NCBI GenBank assembly: GCA_049324235.1
Contig: JBMOLJ010000017.1
Span: 45,701 to 109,700 of the forward strand
DNA from: Bacillota bacterium
GTDB taxonomy: Bacteria; Bacillota; Clostridia; Christensenellales; UBA1431
DNA length: 64,000 bases
Direction of reading: 5' to 3'
In this document: positions 9,534-17,698 of the stretch, piece by piece
How the letters are laid out: each line of letters opens with the position of its first letter
Numbering within the stretch: the stretch's first letter is position 1
Position numbers and translations under genes: made by a program
The notes under the pieces: model-generated
Seen by the model: the letters and a program-made list of their open reading frames with translations, nothing else
Database searches by the model: none
What the model was told of the DNA's origin: nothing

Positions 9534-10571
9534 TTAAAGGTACAGGGGAAGGGCGGTAAGGCCCGCCGTTTCTTCAAGGCCGAAAATAATATTCATGTTC
9601 TGTACTGCCTGCCCGGCGGCTCCCTTGATAAGGTTATCCAGCGCCGATACAAGCACCAGGCGGTTCACGCGCTCATCAAGCACGAAACCGATGTGACAGT
9701 AATTCGATCCGTTGACGAACTTGACCTCGGGCAGGCCGTCCTCGTATACTTCCACAAAAGGCTCGCCCCCGTAGAACGACTGCAGGCAGTCAAAAACATC
9801 GCGCCTGGTAAGAGGCCTTGCCGGAGTGCAGTAAACCGTTGTAAGGATGCCCCGCTTGGTGGGGAGCAGATGCGGCGTGAAGCTGAGGGCTACTGTATGC
9901 CCTGCCAGCAGGGAAAGCTCCTGCTCGATCTCGGAGGTGTGGCGGTGTTTTGCGATGTTGTACGCCTTGATATTCTCATCCACCTCACAGAAATGCAGCG
10001 CGTTCGACAAGGACCGCCCGGCGCCCGTCGCGCCCGATTTTGCGTCGATGATGATGCTGCTATTGTCGATCAGCCCGTTTGCGACAACCGGCGCAAGCGG
10101 GAGTATGCCGCACGTTGTATAGCAGCCCGGATTCCCAATCAGGCGCGCGCTTTTGATGCTGTCGCGGTGGAGCTCGGGCATACCGTACACCGATTGCGCC
10201 AGAAGGCCGGGGCTCGAGTGCGGCTGGCCGTACCACGCTTCATATACGGCGGCGTCGTTGTACCGGTAATCGCCGCTTAAGTCTATCACAATTTTGCCTG
10301 AATCGAAAAGCTCGGGGATCACCTTATTGGAAGCGCCGTGGGGCAGGGACGTGAAAATGACGTCGCTGTCTTCGGTGACGGTGTTATAATCATATTCTTC
10401 CAGGGCAGGGAGCCTGACCGTACGCAGGCTGGGGTACATCGCATGCAGCTCGCTTCCGGCGACGCTGTGCGAGGTGACATGCATAATATGCACGTTATTA
10501 TGCATGGATAGCAGACGCACAAGTTCGGCGCCCGCATAGCCTGTTGCCCCTAAAACGCTCGCTCTGATCAT
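9534..10571 (-). CDS. argC: N-acetyl-gamma-glutamyl-phosphate reductase
   Basis: Motifs VLGATGYAGAELVRLL and the catalytic-Cys region GNPGCYTT. I set the start at the ATG at 10571, 9 nt after AGGAGG. The track ORF has a 67-codon upstream extension. Confidence 0.92.
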   Translation of the reverse strand: MIRASVLGATGYAGAELVRLLSMHNNVHIMHVTSHSVAGSELHAMYPSLRTVRLPALEEYDYNTVTEDSDVIFTSLPHGASNKVIPELFDSGKIVIDLSGDYRYNDAAVYEAWYGQPHSSPGLLAQSVYGMPELHRDSIKSARLIGNPGCYTTCGILPLAPVVANGLIDNSSIIIDAKSGATGAGRSLSNALHFCEVDENIKAYNIAKHRHTSEIEQELSLLAGHTVALSFTPHLLPTKRGILTTVYCTPARPLTRRDVFDCLQSFYGGEPFVEVYEDGLPEVKFVNGSNYCHIGFVLDERVNRLVLVSALDNLIKGAAGQAVQNMNIIFGLEETAGLTALPLYL

Positions 10572-10617
10572 ATAAAATGGCCTCCTGTTTTTGCCTGTAA
10601 AATAATAATACTTTTCG

Positions 10618-10647
10618 ATTATACAATTAAATGCATAAAAATGCAAG
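10618..10647 (-). promoter_or_regulatory. arg operon promoter with an overlapping ARG-box-like operator
   Basis: On the minus strand: TTGCAT (10646-10641), 17-nt spacer, TATAAT (10623-10618). The 18-mer AATGCATAAAAATGCAAG (10630-10647) resembles the ARG box TnTGAATwwwwATTCAnw, with one mismatch per half-site. Confidence 0.5.
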
Positions 10648-10812
10648 CGGTCCATCAAAAAAATCCGAGGGGAAATTCGATGGTTTTTGTTTAGCCTGGA
10701 AATGAAATTAGCTTTCAGCTTCCAGAATTTGTACCATATTGTATTATACATTTTCGCTTCCGGCTTGTACATCGTAAATCTCTACGGAATACGCATGTGT
10801 TTGGAGCAACAG

Positions 10813-10841
10813 TTGAAAAACCTTTTTCCTCGTGGTATAAT
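10813..10841 (+). promoter_or_regulatory. Promoter of the proS leader
   Basis: TTGAAA, 17-nt spacer ending in TGg, then TATAAT (extended -10). Confidence 0.65.
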
Positions 10842-10847
10842 GCAGGA

Positions 10848-11092
10848 TATTCAAGGCGATGAAGGGGAACGGCTGCAGTGTAAAGCGCCATAGAGAGCCT
10901 GCCCGAAGGCTGAAAGGCAGGCGCGCACGGCTCCAGCTTCCCGTCCCGGAGCAAGCAGGATGGAAATGCCAGTATATCCCGCCGTATGCGCCGCGTTAAG
11001 GCGCTTATAAGAGGGTTTGCGCTTTGTGCAAACCAATTAAGGTGGTACCGCGAAACATGGCTTCGTCCTTATTAGGACGGAGCTTTCATTAT
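10848..11092 (+). promoter_or_regulatory. T-box leader (tRNA-sensing riboswitch) controlling proS
   Basis: GA/K-turn-like gcgatga and an AGAGA box lie near the 5' end. The conserved T-box sequence AAGGTGGTACCGCG is at 11039-11052. It is followed by the terminator gcttcgtcct-tatt-aggacggagc and a T-rich tail (11060-11090). I could not assign the specifier codon with confidence. Confidence 0.8.
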
Positions 11093-11115
11093 TAATGAGA
11101 CAGGAGCAAGGAATA

Positions 11116-12564
11116 ATGACAAAAGAAGAAAAACAGGGGTTCGTCACCCATATTACGCCTAAAGACGAGGACTTTTCGCAGTGGTATACGGACGTAATAC
11201 TCAAAGCCGACCTGGTGGACTATTCGGACGTGAAGGGCTGCATGGTCATCAAGCCGTACGGCTATGCCATCTGGGAAAACATACAGAAAGAGATGGACCG
11301 CCGGTTCAAGGAAACCGGGCATAAAAACGCATATTTCCCGCTGTTCATCCCGGAGAGCCTTCTGGCCAAGGAAGTGGAGCATGTGGAAGGGTTTGCCCCT
11401 GAAGTCGCATGGGTGACGCACGGCGGCAATGAGAGGCTCCAGGAAAGACTGGTCGTCCGCCCGACTTCCGAGACCATCATCTGCAGCATGTACGCCAAAT
11501 GGATACAGTCCCACCGCGACCTGCCTGTGCTCATCAACCAGTGGTGCAACGTCGTGCGCTGGGAAAAGAGCACGCGCCCCTTTTTGCGCACGTCCGAGTT
11601 TTTGTGGCAGGAGGGGCATACGGCGCATGTCGATTACGAAGACGCGCAGAAAGAGACCATCAAGATGCTTAATGTTTACGAGGAATTTGCGCGCAATGTG
11701 CTGGCAATCCCCGTCGTGACCGGCCAGAAGAGCGAAAAGGAGAAATTCGCGGGCGCGCAGTCCACGTATACGATGGAAGCGATGATGCAGGACGGGAAGG
11801 CGCTGCAGATGGGCACCTCCCACAACCTGGGCGAGCACTTTGCAAGGGTGTTCGATATCCAGTACCTCGACAAGGACGGGAAGCTTAAATACGTGAACCA
11901 AACGTCCTGGGGCACGTCCACGCGCATGATCGGCGGCCTGATCATGGTACACGGCGATGAGCGCGGGCTGGTGCTGCCGCCCAAGGTCGCGCCCATACAG
12001 GTCGTGATACTGCCCATCGCCATGCATAAGGAAGGCGTCCTGAATAAGGCGGAGGAAATCTACCAAAGCCTTGTGCAGGCCGGTCTTCGGGTAGAGCTGG
12101 ACGACCGCCAGACCCAGAGCGCGGGATGGAAATTCAACGAGTGGGAACTGAAGGGCGTTCCCGTGCGGCTGGAGATCGGCCCGAGGGATATCGCGAACAA
12201 TCAGGTGTTCGTATGCAGGCGCGATACGCTTGAAAAGACCGCGCTGCCCATGGAAGGGCTGGCCCAAAGCCTGAACGCGCTGCTTGACGACATACACGCC
12301 ACGATACTGCAAAAGGCCGCGGATATGCGCGAGGCGCGTACGTATATGGCGACCGATTTTGAGGAGTTTACCGAAGGCATCGTAGAGAAGAAGGGCTTTG
12401 TGAAGGCGATGTGGTGCGGTGAGCGCGCGTGCGAGGATGCCATCAAGGAAAAGACGGGCGCAACGACGCGCTGCATGCCGTTTGAGCAGGAAAGCCTGGG
12501 CGACGTATGCGTGCATTGCCAAAAGCCGGCCAGGGCCATGACGTACTTTGCGCGGGCCTACTGA
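11116..12564 (+). CDS. proS: Prolyl-tRNA synthetase, archaeal/eukaryote-like type
   Basis: FSQWYTDVILKADLVDYSDVKGCMVIKPYGYAIWE plus class II motifs (FRDE-like RPFLRTSEFLWQEGH, GTSHNLG). The C-terminal Zn-type domain ends in ARAY. I set the start at the ATG at 11116, after GGAGCAAGGA. Confidence 0.92.
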   Translation: MTKEEKQGFVTHITPKDEDFSQWYTDVILKADLVDYSDVKGCMVIKPYGYAIWENIQKEMDRRFKETGHKNAYFPLFIPESLLAKEVEHVEGFAPEVAWVTHGGNERLQERLVVRPTSETIICSMYAKWIQSHRDLPVLINQWCNVVRWEKSTRPFLRTSEFLWQEGHTAHVDYEDAQKETIKMLNVYEEFARNVLAIPVVTGQKSEKEKFAGAQSTYTMEAMMQDGKALQMGTSHNLGEHFARVFDIQYLDKDGKLKYVNQTSWGTSTRMIGGLIMVHGDERGLVLPPKVAPIQVVILPIAMHKEGVLNKAEEIYQSLVQAGLRVELDDRQTQSAGWKFNEWELKGVPVRLEIGPRDIANNQVFVCRRDTLEKTALPMEGLAQSLNALLDDIHATILQKAADMREARTYMATDFEEFTEGIVEKKGFVKAMWCGERACEDAIKEKTGATTRCMPFEQESLGDVCVHCQKPARAMTYFARAY

Positions 12565-12654
12565 TCCGTAAAACGTGGATTGCACACGAAGGCTTTATTA
12601 TGCTAAAATATATAAAACGGCGATGGAGTACCGCCGGAAAACCGCTATTGAGCT

Positions 12655-12690
12655 AATGACTCCTGCTATGCAGGAGTCATTCTTTTTATT
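12655..12690 (+). terminator. Intrinsic terminator after proS
   Basis: A 12-bp perfect stem aatgactcctgc-tat-gcaggagtcatt followed by cttttta. Confidence 0.8.
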
Positions 12691-12704
12691 CGGGAGGGGA
12701 AAAG

Positions 12705-14492
12705 ATGCTGGAGGGTACCCATGTAATTCTGGATCGGTTCTGTGAGAAGATTGCGGGCTTGATGCCGATTGCGGCGTCTTTGGACAATCAGGAGATGGCG
12801 GCTGGCCTGGAGAAGCAGCTTCAAAAGGTTCGGAACGTAGAATTCCATATCATGATCCTGGGTTTGTTCAAAAGGGGCAAGTCGACCCTGATAAACTATT
12901 TTTTGAGCGCGAAGCTTCTGCCGACGGGAGTTGTACCGGTCACGTCCGTGGCGTCATACATCCGGTTCGGCGAAATTCCGCAGGTAAAAGTAATATTCAA
13001 GGACACATCGGAAATTATGATCTCAACGGAGCAAATCGACGCGTATGCGTCCGAACGGGGAAATCCCGGCAACGAAAAGAACGTTGACCGCATCGAAATA
13101 TATTATCCGTCCGCGTTTCTGAAAAACGGCGTTGTCCTGGTGGATACGCCCGGAACCGGGTCGACAAACATCGAAAACACGAAGGAAGCCTACAGGTTCT
13201 TGCCCGAAGCCGATGCGGCGTTATTCCTGCTTTCCTCGGACGCCCCTATTTCAGAGCTGGAATTGAACTACCTGTCGGAGGTAAGGAATTATTACGAGAA
13301 AGTTTATATCCTGCAAAACAAAACGGATCATCTCGCCCATGATGAACGGGAAGAGGTCGTTGCATTCACGGAGCGTATCATAAAGCAGGCTTTCGGGGAA
13401 AAGATGCAGGTATTTCCGGTATCCGCAAAACTTGCCATGGAAGGCAGGCTTGAAGGCGATGATATAAAGATACGCGACAGCGGCATGGCGCTTTTTGAGG
13501 AGGAGCTTGAGGGCTTTCTCGTTGAGGAACGGGCTTTTTATATGCTCAGCAGCAACAAAAGAAAGATTCTGAGCATGATAAAAACACTGGAGGAGAACAT
13601 CTGCTTCCAGATCGACATGCTGCAGGCGCCGATCGGCATCGTCCAGTCAAAAGTGAAGCAGTTCGAGGAAAAGATCGTACAGATTGGCAGTTTGAAAAAG
13701 GAATGCATGGCTATTCTGGGCGTGGACCTTGATGAGGTGATGGAGGAATTCCTCATCGATATCGGCTTATTTAAGAAGGAGACCGGTGAGAGCATCAAAC
13801 GCGATCTTACGGAGTATTTCAATGAGCACAAGCACAGCGCCAAACACTCCGAGCTGAAAGAATCCCTGGAAAAGAGACTGCAGGACGGGATCAGGAAAGC
13901 GTTCAGCACATGGAACAGCATCCAGGAAGAAAAAATGAAGACCGCATTCAAAAGGGTGGCTGACAGATTTGCATCGCAGCTCAATAACGCCCAGGAACAT
14001 ATCAACGACATTACACAGGAGGTCTTCGGATTCAGACTGCTTGAAAACGTGGATACCGTGGATATTCAGGATAATAAGCTGTTTTATTTCAGATTCAGCG
14101 CAGGGAACGCGTCATTGCTTGTACCCGATATGAAGTCGCTCAAGTTCCTGCTTAACAAGGAAAAAAAGGCGGAGTTCATGCTCGAGAACGTATTGGGCCA
14201 GGTGGGCGTGGAACTGCAGAAAAACGCTGACGGCTTAAGATGGAGTTATGTCCAGAAGTTCAAAGACAGCAAGCGGATGTTTGAATCGATGTATCAGGAG
14301 AAGGCCGATGCGGTTGTTTCCACAGTCCGGAAAATGATTGCCCAGGCAGTGGAAAAACGCAACGAAGAAGAAGGCAGGGTAGAGAAGAGGGTCGAATATC
14401 TGCGGGAGACGCGGGAAAGGCTGATCCGGGAGAAACACAGCGTCGAGTCCATGGATTTATCGGACACAAAGCAGAAGGAAACCGTTAGTTAA
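12705..14492 (+). CDS. Bacterial dynamin-like GTPase (single copy)
   Basis: G1 GLFKRGKST, G3 DTPG and G4 NKTD, followed by about 350 aa of helical, Glu/Lys-rich stalk. GGGAGGGG RBS. Confidence 0.75.
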   Translation: MLEGTHVILDRFCEKIAGLMPIAASLDNQEMAAGLEKQLQKVRNVEFHIMILGLFKRGKSTLINYFLSAKLLPTGVVPVTSVASYIRFGEIPQVKVIFKDTSEIMISTEQIDAYASERGNPGNEKNVDRIEIYYPSAFLKNGVVLVDTPGTGSTNIENTKEAYRFLPEADAALFLLSSDAPISELELNYLSEVRNYYEKVYILQNKTDHLAHDEREEVVAFTERIIKQAFGEKMQVFPVSAKLAMEGRLEGDDIKIRDSGMALFEEELEGFLVEERAFYMLSSNKRKILSMIKTLEENICFQIDMLQAPIGIVQSKVKQFEEKIVQIGSLKKECMAILGVDLDEVMEEFLIDIGLFKKETGESIKRDLTEYFNEHKHSAKHSELKESLEKRLQDGIRKAFSTWNSIQEEKMKTAFKRVADRFASQLNNAQEHINDITQEVFGFRLLENVDTVDIQDNKLFYFRFSAGNASLLVPDMKSLKFLLNKEKKAEFMLENVLGQVGVELQKNADGLRWSYVQKFKDSKRMFESMYQEKADAVVSTVRKMIAQAVEKRNEEEGRVEKRVEYLRETRERLIREKHSVESMDLSDTKQKETVS

Positions 14493-14550
14493 AACGGAGC
14501 ATTTGTGTAGCTTCTTAAAACGATATAATATATAATATCCTCATGTAATG

Positions 14551-14574
14551 AGCGGGGGATTACCATCCCCCGCT
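14551..14574. terminator. GC-rich hairpin between convergent genes; weak U-tract
   Basis: agcgggggat-tacc-atcccccgct. Only ttgcgg follows it on the plus strand. Confidence 0.4.
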
Positions 14575-14585
14575 TTGCGGATAGA

Positions 14586-15401
14586 CTACTGTTCCCGGGC
14601 CAAAGGCAGCTTTTTACGCGTAATGCGCCAACGGTAGAAAATGTATTTTGCAATCAGTTTGGCAGGAAAGATTACGGAAAGAAAATGCAGGAAGTGGTTG
14701 AAAACGCCGGGGATGTAAATCGGCTTGTTCCTGAATACGCAGTCAATGGTATTTGAAGCGATCGTCCCTGTTTCAAGCGTCGTAATGCGTCCGAGGAAGC
14801 CCTGCGTGTCGATGTTGTTGATGTTTTCCTCGTTGGTGCGCATTCCGGCGGGGCAGAGGATGGTTAAAGAGCCGTTATTCTGGCGTATCTCTTCGCGCAA
14901 TGCCAGGGAAAAATTGATGACCATCCGCTTTGTTGCCGCATAGGTTGCCTTGAGGGGCATGGGATAGAACCCTGCAAGGCTTGCGACGTTGATGATGAAA
15001 AATTTGTTTTTGTGCGGAAATCTTGCAATATAATGGCTTATATCTAGGGTGGCTTCCGAGTTGATGCGGATGATTTTGCATAACGCATCCCTGCTCTGGT
15101 CCTCTGCCGGACCCTCAAAATCCAGTCCGGCCACGTTGATTGCCATCCAGGGTTCAATCCCGCGCAGCGCTATATCCGAGAAGATCTCCTTGCGTGCGTC
15201 CATGTGCATGAGATCGCACGGGAAGCTGACAGTTTTGATATCATAGGTGCTGGCAAGGCCGCGGGCAAGGCTCTCCAGCTTCTCCCTGAACAGGTCGGTC
15301 AGATAAAGATTATATCCGCGGCGCGCGCACTCTACTGCAAACGCTTTGCCGAGGCCCCCTGTTGCGCCGGTAATAAGCACGTATTTTTCCACATAGCTCA
15401 C
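14586..15401 (-). CDS. Short-chain dehydrogenase/reductase (SDR)
   Basis: Motifs LITGATGGLGKAF, NVAG and YAATK. The start is GTG at 15401, or more likely GTG at 15392 after AGAGGTG. Confidence 0.85.
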   Translation of the reverse strand: MSYVEKYVLITGATGGLGKAFAVECARRGYNLYLTDLFREKLESLARGLASTYDIKTVSFPCDLMHMDARKEIFSDIALRGIEPWMAINVAGLDFEGPAEDQSRDALCKIIRINSEATLDISHYIARFPHKNKFFIINVASLAGFYPMPLKATYAATKRMVINFSLALREEIRQNNGSLTILCPAGMRTNEENINNIDTQGFLGRITTLETGTIASNTIDCVFRNKPIYIPGVFNHFLHFLSVIFPAKLIAKYIFYRWRITRKKLPLAREQ

Positions 15402-15506
15402 CTCTTGTAAACATTATACAGAATCATGGCAAAATAGTCAATCAAATGTTTAATGCAAATGATTAATTCAAGCGATTAAATCGGTTGTTGACATTCTGCA
15501 ATAATT

Positions 15507-16403
15507 ATGATACCCTGCACATGGGGTGATTATGTGCAAGCAGACCAAAGGACAGTGCTCATCACGGGCGCAACCAGCGGAATCGGCCTTCAAACAGCAA
15601 AGATACTCGCGCAAAAAGGATTTGCGGTCATGGGCGTCGGACGTTCGCAGGAAAGGATCGACGCCGCGCTTAAATACCTTGATAACAGCAAGGCCTGTTA
15701 TTTTCTGGCTGATCTGGCGTCCCAGCAGCAAATCAGAAGGCTGGCGGCAGAGGTCAGGGAGCATTTGAACGGCCGGGGGCTCGATGTTCTGATCAACAAT
15801 GCCGGTACCTTTTACAGTTATTATGCGCTTTCCGACGAAGGGGTGGAGATGCAGTTCGCCGTGAATGTTGCTGCGCCATATCTCCTTTCACATTTACTAT
15901 ATGAGGATTTGAAAAAAGTGCAGGGCAGGATTATTATGCTCAGTTCGGGATCCCATTACAAGACCGCGGTGCATTGGAACGATATACAGCTTTCACAGCA
16001 TTACAGGCAATTGCAGGCGTACAAGCAGACCAAGCTGTTTGCCGTGCATCTTGCCAGAGAGTTCAATAAGCGTTTTAACGGCGTGCGCGCTTTTGCGGCC
16101 GACCCCGGGCTGGTCAACACGGAAATGGGGCTGAAGTATACCAAAGGCGTTGCAAGGGTGATCTGGAAATACAGGAAAAGGCTGGGGGTCCAAACGCAGG
16201 AGGGAGCAAGGACGCCGGTATATCTCGCGACGGAAAAAGACCTTGGTGAAGATATATACTGGAAAGACGGCAAACCGAAGGCGCCGGCAAGGAACGCAAT
16301 GCGCAACGATTTTTCGCAAAGGATTTGGGAGTATTGCGAGAGGATATGCGCCATCGATTCAAATAGAGTAATTGAAGAAGGGGAGCACTGTGGAACAGAG
16401 TAG
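15507..16403 (+). CDS. Short-chain dehydrogenase/reductase (SDR)
   Basis: Motifs LITGATSGIG, NNAG and YKQTK. The start is ATG at 15507, or alternatively GTG at 15534 after GGGGTGA. Confidence 0.85.
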   Translation: MIPCTWGDYVQADQRTVLITGATSGIGLQTAKILAQKGFAVMGVGRSQERIDAALKYLDNSKACYFLADLASQQQIRRLAAEVREHLNGRGLDVLINNAGTFYSYYALSDEGVEMQFAVNVAAPYLLSHLLYEDLKKVQGRIIMLSSGSHYKTAVHWNDIQLSQHYRQLQAYKQTKLFAVHLAREFNKRFNGVRAFAADPGLVNTEMGLKYTKGVARVIWKYRKRLGVQTQEGARTPVYLATEKDLGEDIYWKDGKPKAPARNAMRNDFSQRIWEYCERICAIDSNRVIEEGEHCGTE

Positions 16404-16959
16404 GAGACAGGCCGTTATGCAGAAGGTGCTGCAGGCGGCGATAGACTGCATTGAAGAATATGGCGTGCAGAAAACGACTATACGGGCCATTGCGTCTAAA
16501 GCGGGCCTGAACAGCGCGGCCATAAATTATTATTTTGAAAACAAGGATGAGCTTATCAGGCAGGCGCTCGATCAAACGCTTAAAAATGCTTTTGACGTTT
16601 CGCATATCAACTTCCGGGAGGACGATTCGCCGGCCCGGTTGCTCGAACGGCTGTTCGAGCATTGGCTGGAGGGAAACCGGAGATATCCCGGCATCATCCG
16701 CGCCTATTTCTATGAACCGTTCGTCAACCAGTATTACAATGATGCGGGCATGGTCAAGCTGAAAGCTTTTGTACAAGAGGTTGAAAATTTGATGGTGCGC
16801 CACGGCATGGAGCAGTCACCAGAAAACTCCATGAAGGTCCGCTGGGTGTTTTCCGCTTTTTTTAACAACATTCTTTTGCCCGGGCTGCTGGGGGAGGATA
16901 TCGTTGCGGACGAGGACGCCGGAAAACGGTTTCTGAAACTGCATTATCAGTTATTCTAA
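16372..16959 (+). CDS. TetR/AcrR-family transcriptional regulator
   Basis: N-terminal HTH TTIRAIASKAGLNSAAINYYFENKDEL. It overlaps the upstream SDR by 32 nt if ATG 16372 is used; later starts at 16390 and 16417 are possible. Confidence 0.85.
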   Translation: MKKGSTVEQSRRQAVMQKVLQAAIDCIEEYGVQKTTIRAIASKAGLNSAAINYYFENKDELIRQALDQTLKNAFDVSHINFREDDSPARLLERLFEHWLEGNRRYPGIIRAYFYEPFVNQYYNDAGMVKLKAFVQEVENLMVRHGMEQSPENSMKVRWVFSAFFNNILLPGLLGEDIVADEDAGKRFLKLHYQLF

Positions 16960-17010
16960 ATGGATGGAGAAGCAACCGTCAGGGCTTTTGAGCAGAAAAT
17001 CATATAAACG

Positions 17011-17031
17011 GTGACCTCAGGGTCACTTTTT
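17011..17031 (+). terminator. Intrinsic terminator after the TetR gene
   Basis: gtgacc-tcag-ggtcac followed by ttttt. Confidence 0.6.
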
Positions 17032-17079
17032 CATTAGTTGTAGCCGCTTTAATCCTATGCAATTTTTAATGAAAACTAT

Positions 17080-17110
17080 TTGACACCTGGAAAATATTGT
17101 GGTATATAAT
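17080..17110 (+). promoter_or_regulatory. Promoter of hsp20-htpG
   Basis: TTGACA (17080-17085), then a 17-nt spacer ending in TGG to TATATA, or a 19-nt spacer to TATAAT (17105-17110). Confidence 0.65.
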
Positions 17111-17120
17111 GAGTAAGGAA

Positions 17121-17147
17121 TTAGCACTCAACGAACGAGAGTGCTAA
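17121..17147 (+). promoter_or_regulatory. CIRCE operator (HrcA binding site)
   Basis: TTAGCACTC-aacgaacga-GAGTGCTAA, an exact match to the CIRCE consensus TTAGCACTC-N9-GAGTGCTAA, about 10 nt downstream of the -10. Confidence 0.9.
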
Positions 17148-17181
17148 CAAAAACAATGAAACGTGAAGGGAGTTGTTAATC

Positions 17182-17625
17182 ATGGCAGGATTGGTACCGT
17201 TCAACAGGAACAGGAGCCTCAGGACAAGCGGCTGGGAAGGTTTTCACAACATGCTTGACGACTTTTTCAACGATACATGGCTGCCTGCACGGAGCCTGAT
17301 CAACGACACATTCAAGGTGGATGTTGTCGAAACAGAAAAAGAATATACCGTCGAAGCGGAACTGCCCGGCGCAAAAAAGGAAGAAGTAAACGTGGTGTTC
17401 AATGACGGCAGGCTGACCATCGCCGTAAAGCGGGAAGAAAACGTGGAGGAACAGCAGAAAAACTATATCCACAGGGAAAGGCGCTTCAGCTCCATGCAGA
17501 GGTCCGTCTATCTGGCAGATGCCAGGGCGGACGGCATAAAAGCCAGGATGGAAGACGGCGTGCTGCATATTACTGTGCCGAAACAGGAAAAGGCAGAGAA
17601 TACGAATAAAATTGAGATTGAATAA
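17182..17625 (+). CDS. Hsp20/alpha-crystallin small heat-shock protein
   Basis: Alpha-crystallin domain VDVVETEKEYTVEAELPGAKKEEVNVVFNDGRLTI...GVLHITVPK. ATG at 17182, 9 nt after GAAGGGAG. Confidence 0.9.
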   Translation: MAGLVPFNRNRSLRTSGWEGFHNMLDDFFNDTWLPARSLINDTFKVDVVETEKEYTVEAELPGAKKEEVNVVFNDGRLTIAVKREENVEEQQKNYIHRERRFSSMQRSVYLADARADGIKARMEDGVLHITVPKQEKAENTNKIEIE

Positions 17626-17635
17626 CTGACGGATA

Positions 17636-17675
17636 CAGGACGCATAAAAGGGCCATTGGCCTTTTATGCGTCCTG
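17636..17675 (+). other. Very stable intercistronic stem-loop between hsp20 and htpG
   Basis: An 18-bp stem with one bulge: caggacgcataaaagg(g)cc-att-ggccttttatgcgtcctg. No U-tract follows, so it is more likely a partial terminator or an mRNA stabiliser. Confidence 0.5.
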
Positions 17676-17698
17676 ACTTGCAAAAAGGAGTGACGAAA

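Noticed and set aside
10930-10945. Assigning the T-box specifier codon (a CCA within ggctCCAgc, or CCC/CCG nearby).
   Set aside because: I could not fold Stem I unambiguously by eye, so the specifier loop position is uncertain. The proline assignment rests only on the downstream proS gene.
11092-12585. A 497-aa ORF on the minus strand covering the whole proS locus.
   Set aside because: It is exactly antisense to a gene with unmistakable ProRS motifs. Its Arg/His/Leu/Pro-rich, low-complexity translation carries no recognisable motif or RBS. This is the typical shadow ORF of a GC-rich coding region.
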